This document shows, in pieces, positions 1-12,001 of a stretch of DNA of 64,000 nt (its first letter is position 1; each line of letters begins with the position of its first letter). A program made the position numbers and the translations under genes. Source of the stretch: Balanoglossus misakiensis (Eukaryota; Animalia; Hemichordata). Location of the stretch: NCBI GenBank assembly GCA_040954595.2, contig CM082588.2, positions 1,603,935 to 1,667,934 of the forward strand, written 5' to 3'. The notes under the pieces are model-generated. The model saw nothing but the letters and a program-made list of their open reading frames with translations. It had not been told where the DNA came from and made no database searches.

Positions 1-1872
1 CATGAATTTGGTTCTCTTGGCAGCATTTCCCGACAGCTGAGATGGAGCAGCTGACCTCCTCATGATGGATAGCGATGCTCAGTTTTTGACCAAAGAATTT
101 ATGGAGTCAATGCTACAAAATGATGACTGGAGTGAAAAGATTGGAAGATTTATTCATCATCAGAATAGGGAAGCAAAGGTGATTTTGGTATTTTTTTTAA
201 ATGGTTTGTTTTGGTGATGTTCAGTATATTGGTTTCTCTTTATTGTCTTTTAATAACAATTAACTGTAACAATAATAAGTGGGACTATTCTTTTCCCCAA
301 ATCGTAAGAGATATGGACAATTTGTCACTATGTTGTACATTTCACCTGTTCCAAGAATGCAGATCGTAATTGACCAATCACAGGTGCTGTGATGTGGTCT
401 ACCCCGTTTCAGGTGTGTGGAAAGCAACTGACCCGTCAGAATTCTCGGGTCTAAATTAATACGCCAAAAAGTGACGATCCTCGATTGCTACCATGCATAA
501 AGAGCATGATATTGCCATCCGAACTGTTTTTCCGAGCTATTAGACATCGAAACTGATCAAAGCTATCGACGACCACCTCGCTACCCCTTGGATCACAACC
601 CACCCCTCCCCCCAAAATAGTGGTACAGTCCAAAGAGTTGCCAGGTGGTCCGTCAATTCAACAGGGCCACAGGTTTACTCTTACCGTCGATCTACTTTCC
701 TTCACTGGCGTTCAAAGAGGCTCGATCGGCCTGTCAACACCATAGTCAACCATTTTGGATTTACCGCCTATGTTATGTTTCGTTTATGTTTTGGTTGGTT
801 GTTAGAGGGCGCTCGTCAGTATGCAGTTTTCAGGAGTGTCAACGCTTAGAAACAAATACTTCGTTCAATTCAGGCGTGTTTAAATATAGCAATGCACTTC
901 AGGAGGTTTTGTAAGCATAAAGAGAAATGACGGCACACCTACCTTTGAATAAGCACATAATAGACCGCCTCTTTGTACACTCTGTTTACTTGAATATTAC
1001 AAGAAGCCTGGGTCATCCAAATATAGGTTAAACGTGCCTGTGTCATTGTACTTTGCTCAGTTTTAATCGATTGCATTTTATTCGCTTACCATGGTGACAG
1101 AGGCCCTGGCGAATTTCATTTACTGTAGGAATTGCTATCGAAATCGATGATTGTGAATCGATGATAAGAGCAGAAACTTTGTTTTTGCTGATTCTCCCTC
1201 CCCTACCTTCCTCCCTCACTCTCCTCTCCCCTTTCTCTCTGTCTCTGTATCTCTGCCTCCCTCTCTGTGTGTCAACAACACAAAATGAAGTGTGATTCTT
1301 TTATTACAAAGGCATGAAATATACATACAGCGAAACACGATCATTGTCATCTGTCAAATTCAATTTTTGTTACCAATTCGACGTCTCGAACGAATTCATG
1401 TTCCTCGCAAGTTGCATAGCATTTTATTTTTAAAAAGAGAAAACCCGTACAAGAAGATGTTGTTAAATTATACACGTGTCATCACTTGTAAAATTACCAC
1501 ATTTTAATATAATGTCTTTGTCAATACGTGTGTTCACGTTTTGAAACTGAAGCGTTGTTACTAGCTGCTATGTCCCGGTCTACCGTGGATTTTCCCAGTT
1601 TGTATAAACCTAACACCAATGAAAATCCTTTTCTTATACCCGTCTCTAATTTGCACTGGAAATTATTTGATGAACAGACCCAAAAGTTCAAAAACTAGAA
1701 CGAATATAGCGCCCGCGTGTAAAATTGCACAAAGCAGTAAAACAGGCATGTTGTTAACGTGTAGTTTTCTCTCAGCATGTTGTTGTGTTGGCTTCATGGA
1801 AAACACTGCGTTTCAACCGCCTGAGAGTTCTATCCAGTAATTTCTACAATTCAAAATTGTGTAACCTTCCGT

Positions 1873-3067
1873 TCAAAGAAACTGACGAATCATGAAAAAG
1901 GCACACGCGAGATATACCGCCAAGTAACTGTGGATCTGGTCAGTCCCACTGCCTTGGGTTGGTTCTTCTGTCGTAGGTGGTTCATCTGTTGGAGAAGATT
2001 TATATGTCTGTCAGACAATGTTTTATGACGGTTTAATTGGCAGGTAGTATTATGGTGATTATAACGCATTAGCTGTCGACAGTTGGTACAGTGGCAACAT
2101 CTGTTTGCAGTAAACGTCACAAACATAATTCTCCCAAAACTTCCAATATTCTTTGCTATTTTTAAAATGTGACAGAGAAGTCTTTTTCGAAACAAGGACG
2201 GGGTTTAAGGATCACAATCAAGAACTTCAGTGGATGTGTTGAGGTGCTTTCAGGAGGAGAACAAGAACATGTAGTTGATACACAAAAAATGCCGGAACAA
2301 GAGTCAAAAGTTACAGATAGTGGCCCTTTAAACACTTACCGCAGACTACTATGCCAGGTGAGTAGTCGGGGACACAGGTCGAAGTCGCCCTGGCAAATTC
2401 GTAACACCCTCCCGTCATAGTCTCGGTGTCGTTGCCCTTGAACGTCAGGGCTCCTGATTGCATGGCGGCGTCACTCAAAGTAACAACCAGACAGAATTCT
2501 TGAAACGACTCGCAGTGGTCTTGTGGGAGGCTCACTGTGGTCGTGCCGGTCAGGGTCATGGTGTCTCCAGCGTCGATGGCACCGTTCAGGGATCCGCTTG
2601 TCATCGTCCAGACGCTGTCCACCAACTCGACATAAGTGCCCTGCTGGTTTGGTAACCCGGTGACATTTCCAGGGACGGTTATCCAAAAGCTGCTTTCCAT
2701 GTTATCGCCGGCCGCGAGGTTATCGCCGCCGGTATTAGTGAAACTGGCAACGATGGTAATGGTTTGTTCAACTCCCGGGTAGAATGTTGTGGAACAGGCG
2801 TCCACTACAGCAAATGGTGTGTCTTGAATATCTGCAGACAAGAAAGTCCAATAAATAACAAATGTAATTTGTGCTTTTCAAATTATTCCAATGGCGAGAG
2901 ATACTTAAAGAACCTTTAGTAATGATGTATCTACCGTCATTTTTTATTTGACGAGAATGATGGTAATTTCATTCAAAGGAAACAGACAGAAACGCATGCC
3001 ACTTACTTGCTGCACCATGGACTGCCACCATCAGAGACACCAAAGCCAAAAAAGTTCGAATATCCAT
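1873..3067 (-). CDS. Uncharacterised secreted, probably GPI-anchored protein, paralogue A (~221 aa; exons 3067-3007, 2831-2340, 1985-1873)
   Basis: Exon 1 MDIRTFLALVSLMVAVHGAA is signal-peptide-like and ends at gtaagt. Exon 2 (ORF 2311..2841) is a Thr/Val/Gly-rich domain with 6 Cys. Exon 3 DEPPTTEEPTQGSGTDQIHSYLAVYLACAFFMIRQFL* is a Pro/Thr linker, small residues and a hydrophobic C-terminus. Both introns are phase 1 GT-AG; total 666 nt in frame; same structure as paralogue B. Confidence 0.85.
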
Positions 3068-5910
3068 TTTGTTCTGTAAGTGAACGTGTTAGAAATTAAC
3101 AAAAAGTTTGTTTCTGTTATTTCAAATAGGTTTTATTGTTAGTAGGAATTCGTTTCGGAATGTACTGAAGCCAGATGTTCTCGTGTGTAGGGCCAACCGG
3201 ACACCTGTGAACTGTTTCCCAGCAACTCCGGACTTTGCTCTTTAGACATAGAAATAAGATAAAACAGTTTCCGTGTGGCTATTTTGTTGAAAGGAAAGGG
3301 GTTCCAACACCACATGTTCCACCCCTTACGTATGATAGCCCATAATTTCTTATTTTGCTAATTTCTTTATGTTTTACGGGTAATTTTGTTGTTTACCCGT
3401 TCTGCGGAGTTATGTATCATCTTTCACTGTTATCAATTACTCAGCAATGTCATCAAATGTTCAGCTGTATGACAGCGCAATCACCCGAGTTGAACTGAAA
3501 TTGTTTACAATATAACACGTCAATATAACAGTGAGTGAAAACTGATATCGGATTAAATTATTTGAATTGTCATGCTGAGTACTGAATAATTTTTCGATCA
3601 GAGAAAAGTGCTGCAGCAGCTACGTCTCTATAACAACAACAGTGACTCGTCGATAAGAGTGACATGGATCTAAATTCGCCAATCTGACGTGTTTTGTTGG
3701 TGGCATTGTCGCGCCTTGATTTTGCTGTGGGTTTTTATCAAATAAGGGACACAATGAACTCTGGGTGCCGACGGATTAACAAGATGTGACCTCGCCCTGT
3801 TTAAAGTATTTCAAATGAAAGTGTTAGTTGTCTCCTTGGAAATGTACACCCAAAGATTTGACCTGAATATTTTGAAGTGTTTTTCTGAACACACATTGTA
3901 ATACACTTTGTAATGCAAAGACTGGTGGTGTTTTTTTTTTTCATTCCAGAAACACAATCGCGTTCCTTCAGGGTAAATTGTAAATCAGTTCCATTTCACA
4001 GCAGATTCGATTTAATTACTTCAGTTTTCACCATTGCCAAATAACACTGGGACACGCATCAAGATGAGTGTCCTCAAATACCATGCAATGTTTATTTCTT
4101 GCAAACAGCATCAACTCAATCCGAAAAAATGTGAGTGAATGTGTGTGCCTTTTACACGTAGACAGTCTGTTATCGAGACTATGTTGATGCTGCGTTGCCA
4201 TTGTTGACATATAAGTCTCTTTCTAGCTCACACAAGAGGCTCAGGGCGTGATGCAAATACTCCAGTATACATGAAAGACTGACCCAATTTTCACATGCAT
4301 TTTCCTGCCTTTTTGCATCTTGTTAAGAGGCTAGCTTTTGCTTCAGTTGTAGAAGGTATAAAAGCCGCTAAATAGTTGTCTAAAATTACACTAACCACAG
4401 AGTTGTATTTTTGTATACTACCCTTTAATAAATGTGTACAATATCAATCCGTTAATGGCGTCGCAGAAATACACAGCCGTTTCACAAAGGAAAGTACAGC
4501 CCAGCTGTGATGATGTAGATTGAAGCTAAGTAAACCCTATACCCGAACATTTTGTATATGTGGGTAAATAATGAACCTCTTTCACATCAACTATACTGAT
4601 CTAGGTCTATCGCACAAGTTAAAACAAAAACATCATCTTACCCGCAATCGGGGTGAACAAGTCGAGATGAGGTGTTAGCTATAGCTGCGCTACCAAGCCT
4701 TATGCATATGAGAGCCACACCTCATATATAAGAATAAATATGAGGTATCAATCACAAACGTTGGTTGGCCAATCACAGAACACTTAATATAAATATCACT
4801 GTGGCAACACAGACCAACAACACTGTAGATAAAAGAAAGCAACCAATTGTACCGCACTATATTTACCTAGCCATTGGTGTAACTCAATAGTTTCCACGGT
4901 AACGGTATATTGACGTGCCCATTCAAAATGGTGTTTTCCATCATACGGTACATATATTGATTTTCAGGATTTCTCACATCAGGACATTCTTCACAAATCG
5001 ATTGTTATGTGTGAAAGTATAAATCGTTATTATGTATATTTACCGGTGGTTGAAGTTTTGGGGTTGTATCGTTGTCACGGTAAACCACTGCCTCTTTAGG
5101 GCTGCAGTTTGTGCGTTGCCAGAAATAGATGCCTCTGGTTCGCGAGAATGAAGGGTCGATGTACGAGTGTGCGATGGAATAACACGGTGTAATTGATACC
5201 AATCTATAGAGTTGACCTTTGATATCTCAAATCTAATATCAAATGATCACCCTTTAAAAATCCAAAGAGCTGTCACTTTTTGTGTTATTTTCATGTTCTC
5301 CTTTCAAAGCTACATTGGTCCATTAAGCTTCTGAATAGGTTTAACACAAATTAATTATCAACCTCTTATTGTACATTTATTGTACGTGACGTTCAAACTT
5401 GAAAATTGTCAAGTTAAATAGACTTCTGCATCAGACGTGACGTGGCAATGTCGACACTTTATAGTCAATTTCGACATAAGAGTATATGTATATCGATTGC
5501 CCTGCCAGAACTCTGTCAGATCTGTCGAACTAGAACCATGGCAACTTCTTATTAAAGACACTCAATAGGTGTTCAGCTCACGTACCGCGTCAGGGGTCGT
5601 GCGTTGTATTATGGGCGGTGACCCCCTTTCCAGCTTCAGAAAGTGGCCTGAGATTACTGCACTGAAAAGATATCAAGTGACCCCTTCCCTATGAACACAA
5701 AACTGTTTTTGTTCGTTTGTCGATCGATGCCTGTTGATATGCCACTTGCATTTGTAATCTCTGCATACTGCAGCTCTGTCTACATAGTCTACGTTGTTTT
5801 CGTCTTTGAAGAATATCGAGAAATAACAAACATTCCAATGGCTTGGTGTTGTTGCACTAGTCCAGTATCTAGCCATGTTTTCTCCACTTTGCTGCAAAAC
5901 TAATTAGTAT

Positions 5911-5933
5911 GTCTCTGTCTGTCTGTCTCTGTC

Positions 5934-5991
<58 letters not shown>
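5911..5991. repeat. (CTGT)n/(CT)n microsatellite
   Basis: Directly visible gtctctgtctgtctgtct...ctctctctct run. Confidence 0.95.
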
Positions 5992-5997
<6 letters not shown>

Positions 5998-6160
5998 TGA
6001 TTTAGTAACCAAATAGTTGTTCATAGATTCTTTTATTACTAAGCTAAAGTATGCATGTAAATGTACAAAACCAACATTTCGTCGTCCATACGAATCAAAG
6101 AGTCTCAAACATGGACTTTCCGGAAAGGTTGCATAGAATAAGAAAAATATATGACAATTT

Positions 6161-7055
6161 TTAGAGTGATTGACGAACGACGAGGAAAGTGCACACCATG
6201 AAAACGACGAGAGAACCATAAATCTGGTTGCCTCCAGCATTTGGAGCTTCTGTAGTAGGAGTATCTGTTGGAAAAGAAAGCAATATGGAGATCAGATAAC
6301 TTATGTGCATTCAAGAGATTTAAATATCTTTTAATTTTTCAAATGTCTTTGATGTTCTTTGAGTTCTTTCGCAGGCGCTTATGTGACACTCACCACATAC
6401 AAGTTCACCGGCGTTTAATGCGGAATCGCATGTCGTGCCCTGAACTGTGAAGTCCACGCACCCACCAGTCATGGTGTCGTTGTTACCGACTCTAAGGTTT
6501 CCGGCGGTTTTTGCGGATTCTGTCAAACCGATTGCTAGACATAGTTGTTCGAACGTCTCGCAGTTGTCCTGTGGTATCTTCACCGTAGTGGTACCAACCA
6601 GCGTCATGCTGGCCCCAACGGCCAATGCGTTACCAAGGGAGCCACTTGTCAGAGTCCAGACGCTGTCCACCAACTGCAGAAAAGAGTCTTGCTGGTTCGG
6701 TAGACCTGTGACACCCGCAGGGAGTGGATTAAGCCAGATAGAGCTCTCTAAGTTATCCCCTGCAGCAAGGTTTGCATCGCCGTCGTTTGTCAAGACGGCG
6801 GTGATAGTGATAGTTTGGTAAACGTCTGGGTAGAACGTTATGGAGCATGCGTCGCTAAGAGTGATCTCAGGCTCGGCGACATCTGAAAAGTACGGACACA
6901 GAAAAATTCAAATACAATCACAGAGATAGTGGTAATGGGGTGTGTACAACAATGCTTATAGGACAGACAGATCATTAACAAAAATACTACTTACTCGGAA
7001 GACAGTGGCCTACCACAAGCAGAGATGCCAAAACGCTCAGAAGTTGAAAATCCAT
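6161..7055 (-). CDS. Uncharacterised secreted, probably GPI-anchored protein, paralogue B (~217 aa; exons 7055-6995, 6882-6394, 6264-6161)
   Basis: Exon 1 MDFQLLSVLASLLVVGHCLP is 61 nt, the same length as in A. Exon 2 (ORF 6320..6793) shares NLAAGDN.ESS.W, VTGLPNQQ, LVDSVWT.TSGSL, PQD.CE.F...CL and TMTGGC with A. Exon 3 is DTPTTEAPNAGGNQIYGSLVVFMVCTFLVVRQSL*. Total 654 nt in frame. Confidence 0.85.
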
Positions 7056-7803
7056 TGTTACCTGGAAAAAATGTCGTACAGGGTGGTTATCTCTCGTTAG
7101 ATTCGCGTTAATGCCAGTAATTCCAAATAACAAAGTGTTTACACATCATGTTGTATTTCCGAACAAATTGGTCAAGTGGTCATATTGACAATACTTTAAC
7201 AGTCTCCTACCCTTTCTTACAAATTTCTCTATTCGCTGCTCCCCATCTGTCTGTCTCTCTCTTTTACCCCGTCCGTCTCCCTGTCTCTATTTCTCTCTCG
7301 TGTGTTTACGCCACGTATCCGAGAGCAACGACCCTGACCTTCTTGCTGGGGTCTCTTATTGACGTGTACTCATTCTATCCGATTTGTAGACAGCATTGTC
7401 GTGTTTTTTCATATTTGGTAGATTAGAAGACCCCCCAAGCAAACTTTGTCTGCGATTGCCTTAATCTTGCACAAAGGCAGAAACAACACACTGCCTCATG
7501 CTTTAGACATTCTCAAAAAATAACGACACAAAACATAGACTTAAATTCCACTGTTTCCTGCCAAAGACCCTGCACAAAGTAAATGACAATGTTTTCTTAT
7601 TCCCATGGGAACATTTCACACTTACTATCCCGTCATCTTCGTTCTGTTTTAACTGATTGCGGAAGCACTCGCGAAATAACCAATGGTCGGTTATGGAAAG
7701 CCGTGGCTGTCTTAAATGACATAAAATTATGTTGACATGGGGATTCTTTATATAATGATGTGCATACGTTATAAGGTGATGGGCATACGTTATAAGGTAA
7801 TGC

Positions 7804-10800
7804 ACTAAATTAATAAAACAAATTTTTCACCAGTATAGACACCAAGCGCGTACATTGCCAGATAGATTCGCACATGACATAGTGAGATACTAACGACATG
7901 GAATCAGGTCTGTTTTGGAATTGTAAATGTCGCCACCAAGCGTTAGAATGTTAGAAACTTTTACATTGGGCGCCGCCATTTTGATTTGCGCAAAGGACTG
8001 TGGGATTTGCCAATGTACTAATCCGAGATACTAGTAAATTTAATTCCAGTCTAAATAAAATCATCTCTAACAGACTAAATTAATAAAACAAATTTTTCAC
8101 CAGTATAGACACCAAGCGCGTACATTGCCAGATAGATTCGCACATGACATCGTGAGATACTAACGACATGGAATCAGGTCTGTTTTGGAATTGTAAATGT
8201 CGCCACCAAGCGTTAGAATGTTAGAAACTTTCGTGACGTCATCCAATGCAGTGCGCGAGTGATATTTATAACGCAGTGGTTTCGACAAGAAATTTCCATC
8301 TGTGGACCAAAATTTGTGCACCGATCGCCGTTATCATTCACAATTCATTCATACGGGACAAAGAATCGCCACAAAACGTCTCACAACTTGTTAAACGGAC
8401 ACTTTTTTAACTTTATGCGAGGCGAGGACGTACATATACAGGCGCCGCCATTTTGATTTGCGCAAAGGACTGTGGGATTTGCCAATGTATTAATCCGAGA
8501 TACTAGTAAATTTAATTCCAGTCTAAATAAAATCATCTCTAACAGACTAAATTAATAAAACAAATTTTTCACCAGTATAGAAACCAAGCGCGTACATTGC
8601 CAGATAGATTCGCACATGACATAGTGAGATACTAACGACATGAACCAGTTGGAATCGTAAATGTCGCCACCAAGTGTTGGAATGTTAGAAACTTTTACAT
8701 TGGGCGCCGCCATTTTGATTTGCGCAAAGGACTGTGGGATTTGCCAATGTACTAATCCGAGATACTAGTAAATTTAATTCCAGTCTAAATAAAATCATCT
8801 CTAACAGACTAAATTAATAAAACAAATTTTTCACCAGTATAGACACCAAGCGCGTACATTGCCAGATAGATTCGCACATGACATAGTGAGATACTAACGA
8901 CATGAACCAGTTGGAATCGTAAATGTCGCCACCAAGTGTTGGAATGTTAGAAACTTTTACATTGGGCGCCGCCATTTTGATTTGCGCAAAGGACTGTGGG
9001 ATTTGCCAATGTACTAATCCGAGATACTAGTAAATTTAATTCCAGTCTAAATAAAATCATCTCTAACAGACTAAATTAATAAAACAAATTTTTCACCAGT
9101 ATAGACACCAAGCGCGTACATTGCCAGATAGATTCGCACATGACATAGTGAGATACTAACGACATGAACAAGTTGGAATCGTAAATGTCGCCACCAAGTG
9201 TTGGAATGTTAGAAACTTTTACATTGGGCGCCGCCATTTTGATTTGCGCAAAGGACTGTGGGATTTGCCAATGTACTAATCCGAAATACTAGTAAATTTA
9301 ATTCCAGTCTAAATAAAATCATCTCTAACAGACTAAATTAATAAAACAAATTTTTCACCAGTATAGACACCAAGCGCGTACATTGCCAGATAGATTCGCA
9401 CATGACATAGTGAGATACTAACGACATGAACAAGTTGGAATCGTAAATGTCGCCACCAAGTGTTGGAATGTTAGAAACTTTTACATTGGGCGCCGCCATT
9501 TTGATTTGCGCAAAGGACTGTGGGATTTGCCAATGTACTAATCCGAAATACTAGTAAATTTAATTCCAGTCTAAATAAAATCATCTCTAACAGACTAAAT
9601 TAATAAAACAAATTTTTCACCAGTATAGACACCAAGCGCGTACATTGCCAGATAGATTCGCACATGACATCGTGAGATACTAACGACATGGAATCAGGTC
9701 TGTTTTGGAATTGTAAATGTCGCCACCAAGCGTTAGAATGTTAGAAACTTTCGTGACGTCATCCAATGCAGTGCGCGAGTGATATTTATAACGCAGTGGT
9801 TTCGACAAGAAATTTCCATCTGTGGACCAAAATTTGTGCACCGATCGCCGTTATCATTCACAATTCATTCATACGGGACAAAGAATCGCCACAAAACGTC
9901 TCACAACTTGTTAAACGGACACTTTTTTAACTTTATGCGAGGCGAGGACATACATATACAGGCGCCGCCATTTTGATTTGCGCAAAGGACTGTGGGATTT
10001 GCCAATGTATTAATCCGAGATACTAGTAAATTTAATTCCAGTCTAAATAAAATCATCTCTAACAGACTAAATTAATAAAACAAATTTTTCACCAGTATAG
10101 ACACCAAGCGCGTACATTGCCAGATAGATTCGCACATGACATAGTGAGATACTAACGACATGAACCAGTTGGGATCGTAAATGTCGCCACCAAGTGTTGG
10201 AATGTTAGAAACTTTTACATTGGGCGCCGCCATTTTGATTTGCGCAAAGGACTGTGGGATTTGCCAATGTACTAATCCGAGATACTAGTAAATTTAATTC
10301 CAGTCTAAATAAAATCATCTCTAACAGACTAAATTAATAAAACAAATTTTTCACCAGTATAGACACCAAGCGCGTACATTGCCAGATAGATTCGCACATG
10401 ACATAGTGAGATACTAACGACATGAACCAGTTGGGATCGTAAATGTCGCCACCAAGTGTTGGAATGTTAGAAACTTTTACATTGGGCGCCGCCATTTTGA
10501 TTTGCGCAAAGGACTGTGGGATTTGCCAATGTACTAATCCGAGATACTAGTAAATTTAATTCCAGTCTAAATAAAATCATCTCTAACAGACTAAATTAAT
10601 AAAACAAATTTTTCACCAGTATAGACACCAAGCGCGTACATTGCCAGATAGATTCGCACATGACATCGTGAGATACTAACGACATGGAATCAGGTCTGTT
10701 TTGGAATTGTAAATGTCGCCACCAAGCGTTAGAATGTTAGAAACTTTCGTGACGTCATCCAATGCAGTGCGCGAGTGATATTTATAACGCAGTGGTTTCG

Positions 10801-11692
10801 ACAAGAAATTTCCATCTGTGGACCAAAATTTGTGCACCGATCGCCGTTATCATTCACAATTCATTCATACGGGACAAAGAATCGCCACAAAACGTCTCAC
10901 AACTTGTTAAACGGACACTTTTTTAACTTTATGCGAGGCGAGGACGTACATGTACAGGCGCCGCCATTTTGATTTGCGCAAAGGACTGTGGGATTTGCCA
11001 ATGTATTAATCCGAGATACTAGTAAATTTAATTCCAGTCTAAATAAAATCATCTCTAACAGACTAAATTAATAAAACAAATTTTTCACCAGTATAGACAC
11101 CAAGCGCGTACATTGCCAGATAGATTCGCACATGACATAGTGAGATACTAACGACATGAACCAGTTGGAATCGTAAATGTCGCCACCAAGTGTTGGAATG
11201 TTAGAAACTTTTACATTGGGCGCCGCCATTTTGATTTGCGCAAAGGACTGTGGGATTTGCCAATGTACTAATCCGAGATACTAGTAAATTTAATTCCAGT
11301 CTAAATAAAATCATCTCTAACAGACTAAATTAATAAAACAAATTTTTCACCAGTATAGACACCAAGCGCGTACATTGCCAGATAGATTCGCACATGACAT
11401 AGTGAGATACTAACAACATGAACCAGTTGGAATCGTAAATGTCGCCACCAAGTGTTGGAATGTTAGAAACTTTTACATTGGGCGCCGCCATTTTGATTTG
11501 CGCAAAGGACTGTGGGATTTGCCAATGTACTAATCCGAGATACTAGTAAATTTAATTCCAGTCTAAATAAAATCATCTCTAACAGACTAAATTAATAAAA
11601 CAAATTTTTCACCAGTATAGACACCAAGCGCGTACAGTATATGTACGTCCTCGCCTCGCATAAAGTTAAAAAAGTGTCCGTTTAACAAGTTG
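7804..11692. repeat. Tandem satellite array: 12 full units (270, 472, 4x262, 472, 2x262, 472, 2x262 bp), a partial unit and a 56-bp inverted terminal segment
   Basis: Unit start actaaattaataaaacaaatttttcacc recurs at 7804, 8074, 8546, 8808, 9070, 9332, 9594, 10066, 10328, 10590, 11062, 11324 and 11586. Long units carry a ~210-bp segment in place of tacattgg. 11637-11692 is the reverse complement of 8384-8439. Confidence 0.95.
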
Positions 11693-11954
11693 GATAATTG
11701 ATAAATCGGTCGCCAGGCCCTATATGTACAAAGTTTTTACAATTTGCTGTGAGGATATTTTTTCAAGTGTCAAGAAATCTTAGATAACGTTCAAAACAGG
11801 GCCTATCGCCATTGTGTGAGCAATAATCTACCACTGTTATACATAAAATGATGGGAGGGACAGGCTATACTCGCTGCAGTAGAATACTACTACTATTGCT
11901 GCATAATAGTACACCTTGAAAATACATGTTTGACATCGACTGATGATTTTATTT

Positions 11955-12001
11955 TAGAAGTATATAGTCTCGGTCTGGGTAACCGAGACTACAGAAGTAT
12001 A
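11955..12001. mobile_element. 27-bp hairpin micro-element (10-bp TIR TAGTCTCGGT) with 9-10-bp flanking direct repeat
   Basis: tagtctcggt (11965-11974) and accgagacta (11982-11991) are exact reverse complements; flanks are tagaagtata and cagaagtata. Confidence 0.65.

Noticed and set aside
37-178. Exon-like stretch MMDSDAQFLTKEFMESMLQNDDWSEKIGRFIHHQNREAK ending at aag|gtgatt
   Set aside because: It may belong to a gene entering from the left, but I found no downstream in-frame exon and recognise no family, so it is not supportable.
8259-10972. Three near-identical 65-aa ORFs (8259, 9779, 10775)
   Set aside because: They start at GTG inside the satellite long unit, have no recognisable motif, and their identity simply reflects the DNA repeat.
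7804-11692. CRISPR-like repeat/spacer array
   Set aside because: Units are 262-472 bp, the 'insert' is the same sequence three times rather than unique spacers, there are no cas genes, and the context is eukaryotic.
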